The position numbers and the translations under genes are program-made. Source: Micavibrio sp. (GTDB lineage: Bacteria > Pseudomonadota > Alphaproteobacteria > UBA9219). From it: a stretch of DNA of 64,000 nucleotides. Under the pieces are notes generated by a model, which was given only the letters and a program-made list of their open reading frames with translations, did no database searches and was not told the DNA's origin. The stretch is taken from contig DYDA01000008.1 of assembly GCA_020718105.1 (NCBI GenBank), positions 5,553 through 69,552 of the forward strand. The letters are read 5' to 3'. This document shows positions 8,965 through 17,911 of this stretch, piece by piece; positions within the stretch are counted from its first letter, which is position 1, and each line of letters starts with the position of its first letter.

Positions 8965-9885
8965 ATGGCTGACATTACAGCAACGATGGTGAAGGATCTG
9001 CGCGAGAGCACCGGCGCAGGCATGATGGATTGTAAAAAAGCGCTGGTCGAGGCAAACGGCGATATGGAAGCCGCGATTGACTGGCTACGTAAAAAGGGCT
9101 TATCCGCTGCGGCGAAAAAGTCGGGTCGCGTTGCGGCTGAAGGCTTGGTCGCTGTGCTGTCGTCGGGCAAGAAGGCCGTTGTTTTGGAAGTCAACGCGGA
9201 AACCGATTTTGTCGCTCGCAACGATGCCTTTCAGACGTTCGCGTCGGGCGCGGTGGCCGTGGCGATGGACTGCGCGGATATCGAAGAGCTTAAGGGCAAG
9301 CCTTATCCCAACGCTGGCCGTTCGGTTCAAGAAGAGCTGACGCAAATTATCGCGACGGTCGGTGAGAACATGAACCTGCGCCGCATGGCGACGCTTTCGG
9401 TTTCGCAAGGCGTTATTGCTTCTTATGTTCATGGCGCGATTGCCCCGAACCTTGGCAAGATTGGCGTGCTGGTCGCTTTAGAATCTTCTGCGGATGAAGC
9501 CGCTTTGGCGGCTTTGGGCAAGCAGCTTGCGATGCATGTCGCCGCCGCACGGCCAGAGGCTTTGACCACGGCAGACGTGGACACCAAGGCGTTGGACCGC
9601 GAGCGCAATGTGCTGGCTGATCAGGCGCGTGCGAGCGGCAAGCCCGAAGACATTATCGCCAAGATGGTCGAAGGCCGCCTTCGCAAATACTATGAAGAAG
9701 TCGTGTTTATGGAGCAGGTCTATGTCGTCGATGGCGAAACGCGCATCAAGGACGTGATCGCCAAGGCCTCTAAGGATTTGGGCGCTGAGGTCAAGCTGAC
9801 CGGCTTTGTCCGTTATCAGCTGGGCGAGGGCATCGAAAAGACGGCGGACGATTTCGCCGCCGAAGTCGCCAAAATGGCGGGATAA
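8965..9885 (+). CDS. tsf: elongation factor Ts
   Basis: 306 aa; [45 protein letters not shown] is the canonical EF-Ts N-terminus. Confidence 0.95.
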   Translation: MADITATMVKDLRESTGAGMMDCKKALVEANGDMEAAIDWLRKKGLSAAAKKSGRVAAEGLVAVLSSGKKAVVLEVNAETDFVARNDAFQTFASGAVAVAMDCADIEELKGKPYPNAGRSVQEELTQIIATVGENMNLRRMATLSVSQGVIASYVHGAIAPNLGKIGVLVALESSADEAALAALGKQLAMHVAAARPEALTTADVDTKALDRERNVLADQARASGKPEDIIAKMVEGRLRKYYEEVVFMEQVYVVDGETRIKDVIAKASKDLGAEVKLTGFVRYQLGEGIEKTADDFAAEVAKMAG

Positions 9886-10079
9886 AGATAGGGGTTAGGG
9901 ACTAGGATTCATCCGCCTACGCTCTATGAGCTTCGGCGGACAAGGGGTTCAGGGAAAGGGATCGGGGGTTTTAGGCAAGATTATTCTTCCTAACCCTTGT
10001 TTCCCCGCCTCTGAACCCTTTTTCTTGCGCCGTCGCCCACGAAATCGTAGGGTAGGAAAAAGTAGAGAAAGGCCAAATC

Positions 10080-10826
10080 ATGTCGTCATGCGAGTGTGAA
10101 GAAAAAACTAAAAGCCAAGCCGCTTATAAGCGCGTGCTTTTGAAATTGTCGGGCGAGGCCTTGATGGGCGAGCGCGAATATGGCCTTGATCCGCAGACGG
10201 TTGAGCGCGTCGCCGAGGAAATCAAGGAAGTCGTTGCCGAGGGCGTTGAGGTTTGCGTTGTGATCGGCGGCGGGAATATTTTTCGCGGCGTGTCTGGCGC
10301 GGCTAAAGGGATGGATCGCGCCACCGCCGATTATATGGGCATGTTGGCCACGGTTATTAATGCGCTGGCCATGCAAAACGCTTTAGAGAAAATTGCCGTT
10401 CGGACTCGCGTTCAATCCGCCATTCCGATGGCGGCGGTCAGCGAGCCTTATATTCGTCGCCGCGCCATTCGCCATATGGAAAAAGGCCGCGTCGTGATTT
10501 TTGCCGCGGGCACTGGGAATCCGTTCTTTACGACGGATTCCGCCGCCGCGCTTCGCGCTTCGGAAATGCAGTGTAACGCGATCCTAAAGGGAACCAAGGT
10601 GGATGGCGTGTACAGCGCCGATCCCGTTAAGGTTCCGGACGCCACGCGCTATGACCGTTTGACCTATATGGACGTTTTAGCGCAGGATTTGCAGGTTATG
10701 GATACCTCAGCCATTTCGCTGGCGCGGCAAAGCAACATTCCGATCCTTGTCTTTTCGATTTTTGCGCATGGAGCCTTTGCCGACGTCGTGATGGGCAAGG
10801 GTCGGTTCACGATTATTTCGGATTAG
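10080..10826 (+). CDS. pyrH: UMP kinase
   Basis: [13 protein letters not shown]...[10 protein letters not shown] motif of PyrH; 248 aa. Confidence 0.9.
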   Translation: MSSCECEEKTKSQAAYKRVLLKLSGEALMGEREYGLDPQTVERVAEEIKEVVAEGVEVCVVIGGGNIFRGVSGAAKGMDRATADYMGMLATVINALAMQNALEKIAVRTRVQSAIPMAAVSEPYIRRRAIRHMEKGRVVIFAAGTGNPFFTTDSAAALRASEMQCNAILKGTKVDGVYSADPVKVPDATRYDRLTYMDVLAQDLQVMDTSAISLARQSNIPILVFSIFAHGAFADVVMGKGRFTIISD

Positions 10827-10928
10827 GGGAAAAGACGTCACCCTAATTTCTTGCTAAAAACAGAAAACAAATGGGATCCCCGCCTTCGCGGGGATGACGA
10901 AAAAGAAAAGTTGAAAAAGGAAACCATC

Positions 10929-11477
10929 ATGGATTTAGAAAATGTAAAGCAACGGATGGAAGGCGCTTTAGAGTCGCTGCATCGTGAGTTTTCCGGCCTG
11001 CGGACGGGACGCGCCGCTTCGTCCATGTTGGAGCCTATTCATGTTGACGCTTATGGCAGTCTGATGCCGCTTAATCAGGTGGCCACCATCGGCGTGCCAG
11101 AGCCACGCATGCTTTCGGTGCAGGTGTGGGACAAGGGACTGGTCAAGGTTGTTGAAAAAGCCATTCGCGAGGCGGGCCTTGGCCTTAATCCTCAGGCCGA
11201 GGGCGCTGTAATCCGCGTGCCAGTGCCAGAGCTGAGCCAAGAGCGCCGCTTAGAGCTGGTCAAGGTCGCCAATCGCTATACCGAGCAAGCCCGCGTGGCC
11301 GTTCGCAACGTGCGCCGCGACGCGATGGATGCCATCAAAAAGCAGGAAAAGGCGGGTGAGATTTCTGAGGACGAGCTGAAGACTCTTGAGGGCAAGGTGC
11401 AGCAAGCCACGGACGCCGCAATCAAAAAAATTGACGAGGCTTTTGTTCACAAGGAAAAAGAAATCACGACGATATGA
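10929..11477 (+). CDS. frr: ribosome recycling factor
   Basis: Internal Met chosen: [29 protein letters not shown] is the canonical Frr N-terminus. The upstream in-frame extension of the ORF crosses an RPE hairpin (10871-10900) and is probably not translated. Confidence 0.85.
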   Translation: MDLENVKQRMEGALESLHREFSGLRTGRAASSMLEPIHVDAYGSLMPLNQVATIGVPEPRMLSVQVWDKGLVKVVEKAIREAGLGLNPQAEGAVIRVPVPELSQERRLELVKVANRYTEQARVAVRNVRRDAMDAIKKQEKAGEISEDELKTLEGKVQQATDAAIKKIDEAFVHKEKEITTI

Positions 11478-11821
11478 TCAAAAAACTGAAATGCAAAATC
11501 CATCGTGCGCGATTGACCAAGGTGGATATCGAGTATGAAGGCAGTTGCTCGATTGATCGCGCTTTGATGGACGCGGCGGGGCTGGAGCCGTTCGAGGCGA
11601 TCAACGTCTGGAACGCCAGCACGGGCACGCGGCTTGAGACTTATGTGATCGAAGCGCCTGCGGGCAGCGGCGAGATTGGGTTGAACGGCGCGGCGGCGCG
11701 TGGCGCGGCGGTGGGCGATACTGTTATCTTGGCCGCATGGCGCTGGCAAGAAGAGGGAGCGGCGTTGGCTCCCGCCCTTGTTTTTGTGGATGAGCATAAC
11801 CGCATTCGGCAGGACTCTTGA
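11474..11821 (+). CDS. panD: aspartate 1-decarboxylase
   Basis: 115 aa; [28 protein letters not shown] aligns with PanD (K..GK.H...VT.A.L.YEGS self-cleavage site GS); ATGA overlap with the frr stop. Confidence 0.8.
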   Translation: MIKKLKCKIHRARLTKVDIEYEGSCSIDRALMDAAGLEPFEAINVWNASTGTRLETYVIEAPAGSGEIGLNGAAARGAAVGDTVILAAWRWQEEGAALAPALVFVDEHNRIRQDS

Positions 11822-12537
11822 TCGTGCAAGACAAGGAAAAAAGCAATCGGCAGCTTCATGTGGCCATTATCATGGATGGCAACGGGCGGTGGGCTGCTGC
11901 TCGCGGATTGCCGCGCACGATGGGGCATAAGGCGGGCATTGATGCTTTGCGTCGCACGCTGGAGGCTGCGCGAGGCATGGCGATCAGCCATCTGACTCTT
12001 TATAGTTTTTCGGCTGAGAATTGGCAGCGTCCCGCTGGCGAGGTGCGCGATCTGATGGGGCTTTTGCGTTTTTACCTGAAAAATGAGCTGAAGTCGTTGT
12101 GTGAAAACAACGTGCGTTTGCGCGTCATCGGGGATCGCGGTTATTTGGCAGACGACATCGCTACCATGATCGTGCAGGCCGAAAACAAGACGGCGGATAA
12201 TACAGGGATGACGCTCGTTCTGGCGCTCAGCTATGGCGGGCGGCAGGAAATCGCGGCGGCGGTCAGGGCTTTGGCGCGGAAGGTTGAAGCGGGGATGCTG
12301 ACGGCGGAAGACGTGGACGAAAAGCAAATCGAAGCGCAGCTCTATACGCAAGGCATGCCCGATCCCGACGTGGTGATCCGCACCAGCGGTGAAAAACGCA
12401 CGTCTAACTTTTTGTTGTGGCAGGCGGCTTACGCCGAATATGTGTTCCAAGATGTTCTGTGGCCCGACTATGGGCAGGCTCATTTGGCCGCCGCTTTGGA
12501 AGAGTTTGCTGCGCGAGAGCGTCGGTTTGGGAAGTAG
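11818..12537 (+). CDS. uppS: undecaprenyl-diphosphate synthase
   Basis: HVAIIMDGNGRWA...LTLYSFSAENWQRP cis-prenyltransferase motifs; TTG/GTG start region. Confidence 0.85.
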   Translation: MIVQDKEKSNRQLHVAIIMDGNGRWAAARGLPRTMGHKAGIDALRRTLEAARGMAISHLTLYSFSAENWQRPAGEVRDLMGLLRFYLKNELKSLCENNVRLRVIGDRGYLADDIATMIVQAENKTADNTGMTLVLALSYGGRQEIAAAVRALARKVEAGMLTAEDVDEKQIEAQLYTQGMPDPDVVIRTSGEKRTSNFLLWQAAYAEYVFQDVLWPDYGQAHLAAALEEFAARERRFGK

Positions 12538-12584
12538 GGGGCAGGGGTTAGAGGTTAGGGACTAGGGAAGATTGTGGCACAATG

Positions 12585-12770
12585 ATTCCTCTTTCGTCAT
12601 CGCGAGGAGCCTTGAAAAGGCGACGTGGCGATCCATCACCTGAAATGGTGAGCAGGGATTCTGGTGGAAGGTTCAGGTGATGGGTCCTGCATCTTCGCGA
12701 TGCTGACGCATCGCTTCGTGCGGGAGGACGGGGGGGGCGGCAGGTGATGGATTGCCACGCGCGTTTCACG
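12585..12770. repeat. CGTCATCGCGAG-family intergenic repeat
   Basis: TTCGTCATCGCGAGGAGCC...CGATGCTGACGCATCGCTTCGTGCGGGAGGACGG; related copies at 14330-14430, 15595-15700, 26745-26830 and 47720-47830. Confidence 0.5.
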
Positions 12771-12853
12771 CGCTCGCAATGACGGATGGGAAACTAGGGT
12801 GTGATTGATAAGAGGCCTAAGACAATAATGTAGGAAATAAAGGAATGTAAAGC

Positions 12854-14185
12854 ATGACCCCCGCCGCTCGCCTTGCCGCCGTTTGCGAGATTTTGACGAT
12901 CATCGATGAAACGCCTCGTCCTGCCGATTCTTTGGTGAGTGGCTATTTTCGCGCGCGCCGTTATATCGGCTCTGGCGATCGTGGCGAGGTATCGAAGCTG
13001 ACCTATGACGTTTTGCGTCATCAAGCGCGGTTGAATTGGTGGTTGGAGTATCTTGGCCATCCGTTCAGCGCTCGCGCTCGGTTTTTGGTTTATCTTAAAC
13101 TGCATGAGAAAAAAACCGCGAGCGAGATTGATCGCCTATGCGATGGATCGAAGTACGCGCCCTCAACGCTTTTGCAGAATGAAAAGAAACTGATCGCTGA
13201 TTTAAAGGGGCATACGCTGCTGCATCCTTCCATGCCGCAGGCTGTCTTGGGTGAGTGTCCTGCTTGGGCGGAAGAGGGGCTGACGGAGCGCTTTGGCAAA
13301 ACGCTGATGACGGAGTTGGAGGTTTTGCTGCGGCCCGCGCCTTTGGATCTGCGCGTCAATCCGCTGAAGACCACGCGTGAGAAAGCCATCGCGCATTTAC
13401 GCCATCTGGATTTGGATGTGGAGGCAACGCCTTATTCGCCCGTGGGCCTGCGCGTTCATAATCGCCCTGCGCTGGGGCAAATTACGATGCTCAAGGATGG
13501 ATCGCTTGAGATTCAAGACGAAGGCTCGCAGCTTGTTGCGCTTTTGGTTGATGCCAAGGCGGGCGAGCGCGTCGTTGATTTTTGCGCTGGCGCAGGCGGT
13601 AAGACGCTCGCGATTTCGGTGGGAATGCAAAACAAAGGGCGGATTATCGCGTGCGACGTTTTGGCCAGCCGGTTAAAGCGCAGTGGTGAGCGATTCCGCC
13701 GCGCAGGCTTGCACAATATCGAAACGCACCCGTTGAGCAGTGAACGCGATCCGTGGGTCAAGCGCCACAAAGGCGCGTTTGATCGCGTGCTGGTTGATGC
13801 GCCATGCAGCGGGTGCGGGACGTGGCGGCGCAATCCCGATGCGCGGTGGAAGTCTTTGGGGCCTGGGCTAGAGGCTTTGGTTCCGTTGCAGGCCAGCATT
13901 TTGGAAAGCGCTGCACGGCTTGTGAAAGGCGGCGGGCGGCTGGTTTATGCGACGTGCTCGCTGTTGCCAGAGGAAAACGAAAAGCAGATTGAGAAGTTTT
14001 TGGACAATCACCCTGACTTTACGCTTGTGCCGGTAAGTGAATGCGGCGCGGTTTGTCCGAATCTGCCCGACACAGGCGATTATTTATCGTTGACACCTGC
14101 TCAACATAAAACGGATGGCTTCTTTGCCGCCGTCATGCAGCGAAAGGTTGAGGAAAAGAAGGAGGAAGACGCGAAAGAAAGTTGA
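12854..14185 (+). CDS. rsmB: 16S rRNA m5C methyltransferase (RsmB/Sun family)
   Basis: 443 aa; NusB-like N-terminus, DFCAGAGGKT SAM motif, DAPCSGCGTWRRNPD and TCS catalytic Cys motifs. Confidence 0.8.
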   Translation: MTPAARLAAVCEILTIIDETPRPADSLVSGYFRARRYIGSGDRGEVSKLTYDVLRHQARLNWWLEYLGHPFSARARFLVYLKLHEKKTASEIDRLCDGSKYAPSTLLQNEKKLIADLKGHTLLHPSMPQAVLGECPAWAEEGLTERFGKTLMTELEVLLRPAPLDLRVNPLKTTREKAIAHLRHLDLDVEATPYSPVGLRVHNRPALGQITMLKDGSLEIQDEGSQLVALLVDAKAGERVVDFCAGAGGKTLAISVGMQNKGRIIACDVLASRLKRSGERFRRAGLHNIETHPLSSERDPWVKRHKGAFDRVLVDAPCSGCGTWRRNPDARWKSLGPGLEALVPLQASILESAARLVKGGGRLVYATCSLLPEENEKQIEKFLDNHPDFTLVPVSECGAVCPNLPDTGDYLSLTPAQHKTDGFFAAVMQRKVEEKKEEDAKES

Positions 14186-14259
14186 TCTGGAATCCAGCCT
14201 TGTGTGGCACACGCAATGTATTAATAAGAACGTAAGTAACCAGACATTACCCATCCTGT

Positions 14260-14460
14260 GTCATTCCCGCGAAGGCGGGAATCCAGCTGCGCGGCCCCGT
14301 GTCAAGCACGGGGCAGGCTAGCCGCGCAGGTGAGTCAAAAAGGTGCAGGAAACACGCTGTTTTTGACTCATATGCCTCGCGGACGCTCGGCGTCGGGCTA
14401 CGCTGCTGCGCAGCTTCGACCCGACAGGCTGGATCCCCGCCTTCGCGGGGATGACGATAG
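14260..14460. repeat. cluster of RPE-type hairpins and CGTCATCGCGAG-family repeat
   Basis: TGTCATTCCCGCGAAGGCGGGAATCCAG (ATTCCC-N8-GGGAAT variant) at 14268-14295 and GGATCCCCGCCTTCGCGGGGATGACG at 14431-14456. Confidence 0.65.
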
Positions 14461-14498
14461 GAGGTATGTAAAATACCTATGACACAAAGAAGTGAACC

Positions 14499-15512
14499 AT
14501 GACTTTTGCTAATATTCTTCAACAAATCACGTCTGGCCATGATCTCCCCGCCGATGAAGCGCGGGCGGTTTTTGATTTGATTTTTAAGGGCGGCCTTGCG
14601 GAAGACGATATCGCCGCCTTGCTGGTTGCGTTGAGAAATAAAGGTGAGGCTGTTTCTGAAATCCAAGGCGCTGTGGCCTCTATGCGATCCCATATGAACG
14701 CTATCGCGGCGCCTGAAGGCGCGATGGATATCGTTGGCACAGGGGGCGATGGACAGGGGACGTTGAACGTTTCAACCGCCGCTGCTTTGGTTGTGGCGGG
14801 CGCAGGCGTGACGGTGGCCAAACACGGTAACCGTGCGGCTAGTAGTTTGTCTGGCTCGTCCGATGTTCTTGGTGCGTTAGGCGTTGCGCTTGATCCACCG
14901 TGGGAGGTTTTAGAAAGGGCTGTTCATGAGATCGGCCTCGTCTTTCTTTTCGCTCCGCGTCATCATCCGGCGATGGGGCATGTCGCGCCCGTTCGGCGCA
15001 AGATGGGCGTGCGAACGATTTTTAATTTGCTGGGACCTCTCACCAACCCTGCGCGCGTGCGCCGCCATTTGATCGGCGTGTTTAATCAGGCATGGAATTT
15101 GCCCATGGCGCAGACGCTTTCGGCGATGGGCAGCGAGGCCGCTTGGATCACGCATGGCGCGGATGGGCTGGATGAAATATCGATCACGGGACTGACGCAT
15201 GTGATGGCTTTGGCGAACGGGGTTCTTCGCGATTTTGAAATTGCGCCGCGTGAGGCGGGCGTGCCTCTTTCCAGCCTTAGCGAGATTCAAGGGGGCGATG
15301 CCACGATTAACGCCGCCGCGATCCATCGTTTGTTGGAGGGAGAAAAGGGCGCATACCGCGATATTGTTTTGATGAACGCAGGTGCGGCTTTGGTGATTGC
15401 GGAAAAGGCCAAGGATATTCAAAGCGGCGTGACGCTGGCCGCCGCCTCTATCGACTCTGGCGCGGCAAAGGATAAGCTGGAGCGGCTGGTGCGGATGACA
15501 AGCGGGGGGTAG
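14499..15512 (+). CDS. trpD: anthranilate phosphoribosyltransferase
   Basis: 337 aa; GTGGDGQGTLNVSTAAALVVAGAGVTVAKHGNRAASS is the TrpD glycine-rich PRPP loop and KHGNR motif. Confidence 0.9.
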   Translation: MTFANILQQITSGHDLPADEARAVFDLIFKGGLAEDDIAALLVALRNKGEAVSEIQGAVASMRSHMNAIAAPEGAMDIVGTGGDGQGTLNVSTAAALVVAGAGVTVAKHGNRAASSLSGSSDVLGALGVALDPPWEVLERAVHEIGLVFLFAPRHHPAMGHVAPVRRKMGVRTIFNLLGPLTNPARVRRHLIGVFNQAWNLPMAQTLSAMGSEAAWITHGADGLDEISITGLTHVMALANGVLRDFEIAPREAGVPLSSLSEIQGGDATINAAAIHRLLEGEKGAYRDIVLMNAGAALVIAEKAKDIQSGVTLAAASIDSGAAKDKLERLVRMTSGG

Positions 15513-15580
15513 AGTTCAGAGTTCAGAGTTCAGAGTTCAGAGTTCAGAGTTCAGAGTTCAGAGTTCAGAGTTCAGAGTAG
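15511..15580. repeat. heptanucleotide microsatellite (AGAGTTC)x9 plus partial unit
   Basis: Nine perfect tandem AGAGTTC units starting at the trpD stop codon. The same unit occurs singly and inverted downstream of rpsB (8866-8940). Confidence 0.9.
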
Positions 15581-15594
15581 GATGTTGCTTAACA

Positions 15595-15850
15595 TTTTTC
15601 CTTTAGCGTCATCCCGCACAGCGGATGGCGCGAAGGCGCCAGACGCGAAGATGCGGGATCCAGTTTGTTTTAGTTTTCTATCCGTTAGCGTCATCGCGGC
15701 TTATTGGCCTTTGTAAAAAAGAAAACGGGATCCCCGCTTTCGCGGGGATGACGGAATAAAAAAAGCGGGGAGATGACGGAAGAAAGAAGAAGCGGGGGAG
15801 GGTGATTATAGTGTGCTTGCCTTTTCCAACTCTTGAACTGTTTTGGGTCT
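15595..15850. repeat. composite repeat region (CGTCATCGCG-family, RPE hairpin, partial MITE right terminus)
   Basis: GCGTCATCCCGCACAGCGGATGGCGCGAAGGCGCC..., GGGATCCCCGCTTTCGCGGGGATGACGG at 15728-15755, and CCAACTCTTGAACTG at 15826-15840. Confidence 0.55.
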
Positions 15851-15871
15851 ATAAACGAAAAAGGAGACAAG

Positions 15872-16711
15872 GCTATGACCATCAATTTTTCTGATAACCT
15901 TTCTGGGTTTTTGAATGCCAATTTGCGGACGCGCGTTTTGTCCGCGCTGGTAATGGCTCCCCTTGCGCTGGGCGCTGTTTGGGTTGGCGGATGGATTTTC
16001 GCTCTTGTGGTTTTGGCGGCCATGGCCATTGGCCTTTGGGAATGGTTGGGGCTGACCGCGCCGCGCTTTACCTTGCGGGGCAGGGCGGTGGCCTTTGCTG
16101 CGTTGGCGTTCGTGTTCCTTGTGGCGGGGTTGGCGGACGCAGGATTGGCCGCCGCTTTGTCGGTTGGCGTGGCCGTGGTTCTGGCTTTCTATGATGGCGA
16201 GGAGGGCGCTTTCGCGCCGCGCATCACGCGGGACAGCCTGTGGATTGCGGCGGGGGTTCCCTATCTGGCGCTTAGCGGTTTATCCCTTATCCTTTTGCGT
16301 AACGACGGATCCTATGGCCTTGCTTTCGTTGTTTATCTTCTGGTTGTTGTGTGGGGGATGGACATCGGAGGCTATCTTGCCGGAAGGCTTATCGGCGGCC
16401 CCAAACTTTTGCCGCAAATCAGTCCTAATAAGACTTGGGCGGGCCTTATCGGCGGCATGGCTTTGGCGACGGTTTTGGGCTACGCTACGTTGTATGGATT
16501 CGGCCTTGCTCCGAATTGGAGCGGCGTTCTTGTCGCCCCTGCCTTGGCCGTGATCGCGCAGGCGGGGGATTTCTTTGAGTCGTGGGTTAAACGACGCGCT
16601 GGCGCGAAGGATAGCGGCACGCTGATCCCCGGCCATGGCGGCCTGTTGGATCGGATTGATGGTTTGTTGTTCGCGGCGATGGCTTTGGCCGCGTTCAGTT
16701 TCGGGGATTGA
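15872..16711 (+). CDS. cdsA: phosphatidate cytidylyltransferase
   Basis: Polytopic membrane protein with C-terminal SWVKRRAGAKDSGTLIPGHGGLLDRIDG CdsA signature; internal Met (MTINF) chosen, preceded by AAAGGAGA RBS. Confidence 0.85.
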   Translation, partial: AMTINFSDNLSGFLNANLRTRVLSALVMAPLALGAVWVGGWIFALVVLAAMAIGLWEWLGLTAPRFTLRGRAVAFAALAFVFLVAGLADAGLAAALSVGVAVVLAFYDGEEGAFAPRITRDSLWIAAGVPYLALSGLSLILLRNDGSYGLAFVVYLLVVVWGMDIGGYLAGRLIGGPKLLPQISPNKTWAGLIGGMALATVLGYATLYGFGLAPNWSGVLVAPALAVIAQAGDFFESWVKRRAGAKDSGTLIPGHGGLLDRIDGLLFAAMALAAFSFGD

Positions 16712-16732
16712 GTTTTAAGGAGATGGTTCGTT

Positions 16733-17902
16733 ATGGCTGAGAAAAGACGCATTGCGATTTTGGGATCGACGGGATCCGTGGGCACGCAGACGATTGATTT
16801 GATCGCCCGCGAGCCAGAGACGTATCAGGTCGTCGCGCTGACCGCGCACCGCAATGTCAAAAGGCTGGCCGAGCAAGCTCATGCGCTAAGGCCTGAATTA
16901 GTCGTCATCGCAGATGAGTCCAAGTACGGCGAAATGAAAGAGGCCGTAGCGGGTTTAAAGGTTGAGGTTGCGGCGGGTGCGGATGCCGTCACGGCAGCGG
17001 CAGAGCGCGAGAGCGATTGGGTTATGGCGGCGATTGTCGGCGCGGCGGGTTTGCCTTCCACCATTGCGGCGGCGAAGCGCGGCGCGAAGCTGGCCTTTGC
17101 GAATAAGGAAACGCTGGTTTGCGCTGGTCCTTTGATGATGGAGCTGGTGGCTAAGCACAACTGCACGCTTTTGCCAGTGGACAGCGAGCATAACGCGATT
17201 TATCAGGTCTTTGATGAAAAGCACCGTGAGGGAATCTCGCACCTCATCATCACGGCGTCGGGTGGGCCTTTCAGGACGCTGACGCGTGAGCAAATGGCGG
17301 TTGTTACGCCCGAACAAGCGGGCAAGCACCCCGTGTGGAACATGGGCGCGAAGATTTCTATCGATAGCGCCTCGCTGATGAATAAGGCGTTGGAGGTGAT
17401 TGAAGCCGCCTTTCTGTTTCAAATGCCGTCCGAGAAGATTGAGGTGCTGGTGCATCCGCAATCCGTCATTCACTCGATGGTCGCGTATAAGGACGGCTCG
17501 ACCCTCGCGCAGCTGGGCACGCCCGATATGCGGATTCCTATCGGCTATTGCCTTGCGTGGCCCGATAGGATGGAGACGCCTGCTGCCAAGCTGGACTTGG
17601 CCAAGATCGGCTCCTTGACGTTTGAAGAGCCCGACCCCGTGAAGTTTCCGACGCTCCGTCTGGGGCGCGAGGCGATGGCGATGGGTGGAACGGCTCCTGC
17701 CGTGTTGAACGCGGCGAATGAGGTTGCGGTGCAGGCGTTCCTTGACGGTAAGATCGGCTTTTTGGATATCGCTGCGATTATTGAGGAAACGCTGGGCCAT
17801 GTTGGCGCGGTGGCGCTCACGGACTTGGACGTTTTGGCGCAGGTCGATGAGGCGGCTCGCCGGTTTGCGGATGAACGCGCTCTTAAGAAAGAAAAAAGGT
17901 AA
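16733..17902 (+). CDS. dxr: 1-deoxy-D-xylulose 5-phosphate reductoisomerase
   Basis: IAILGSTGSVGTQT NADPH-binding N-terminus; 389 aa typical length. Confidence 0.9.
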   Translation: MAEKRRIAILGSTGSVGTQTIDLIAREPETYQVVALTAHRNVKRLAEQAHALRPELVVIADESKYGEMKEAVAGLKVEVAAGADAVTAAAERESDWVMAAIVGAAGLPSTIAAAKRGAKLAFANKETLVCAGPLMMELVAKHNCTLLPVDSEHNAIYQVFDEKHREGISHLIITASGGPFRTLTREQMAVVTPEQAGKHPVWNMGAKISIDSASLMNKALEVIEAAFLFQMPSEKIEVLVHPQSVIHSMVAYKDGSTLAQLGTPDMRIPIGYCLAWPDRMETPAAKLDLAKIGSLTFEEPDPVKFPTLRLGREAMAMGGTAPAVLNAANEVAVQAFLDGKIGFLDIAAIIEETLGHVGAVALTDLDVLAQVDEAARRFADERALKKEKR

Positions 17903-17911
17903 GGAAAAACG

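Noticed and set aside
15511-15580. Tandem repeat array considered as CRISPR or other spacer array
   Set aside because: The units are 7 bp with no spacers, so this is a simple microsatellite. No cas genes are present and no repeat-spacer periodicity occurs anywhere in the window.
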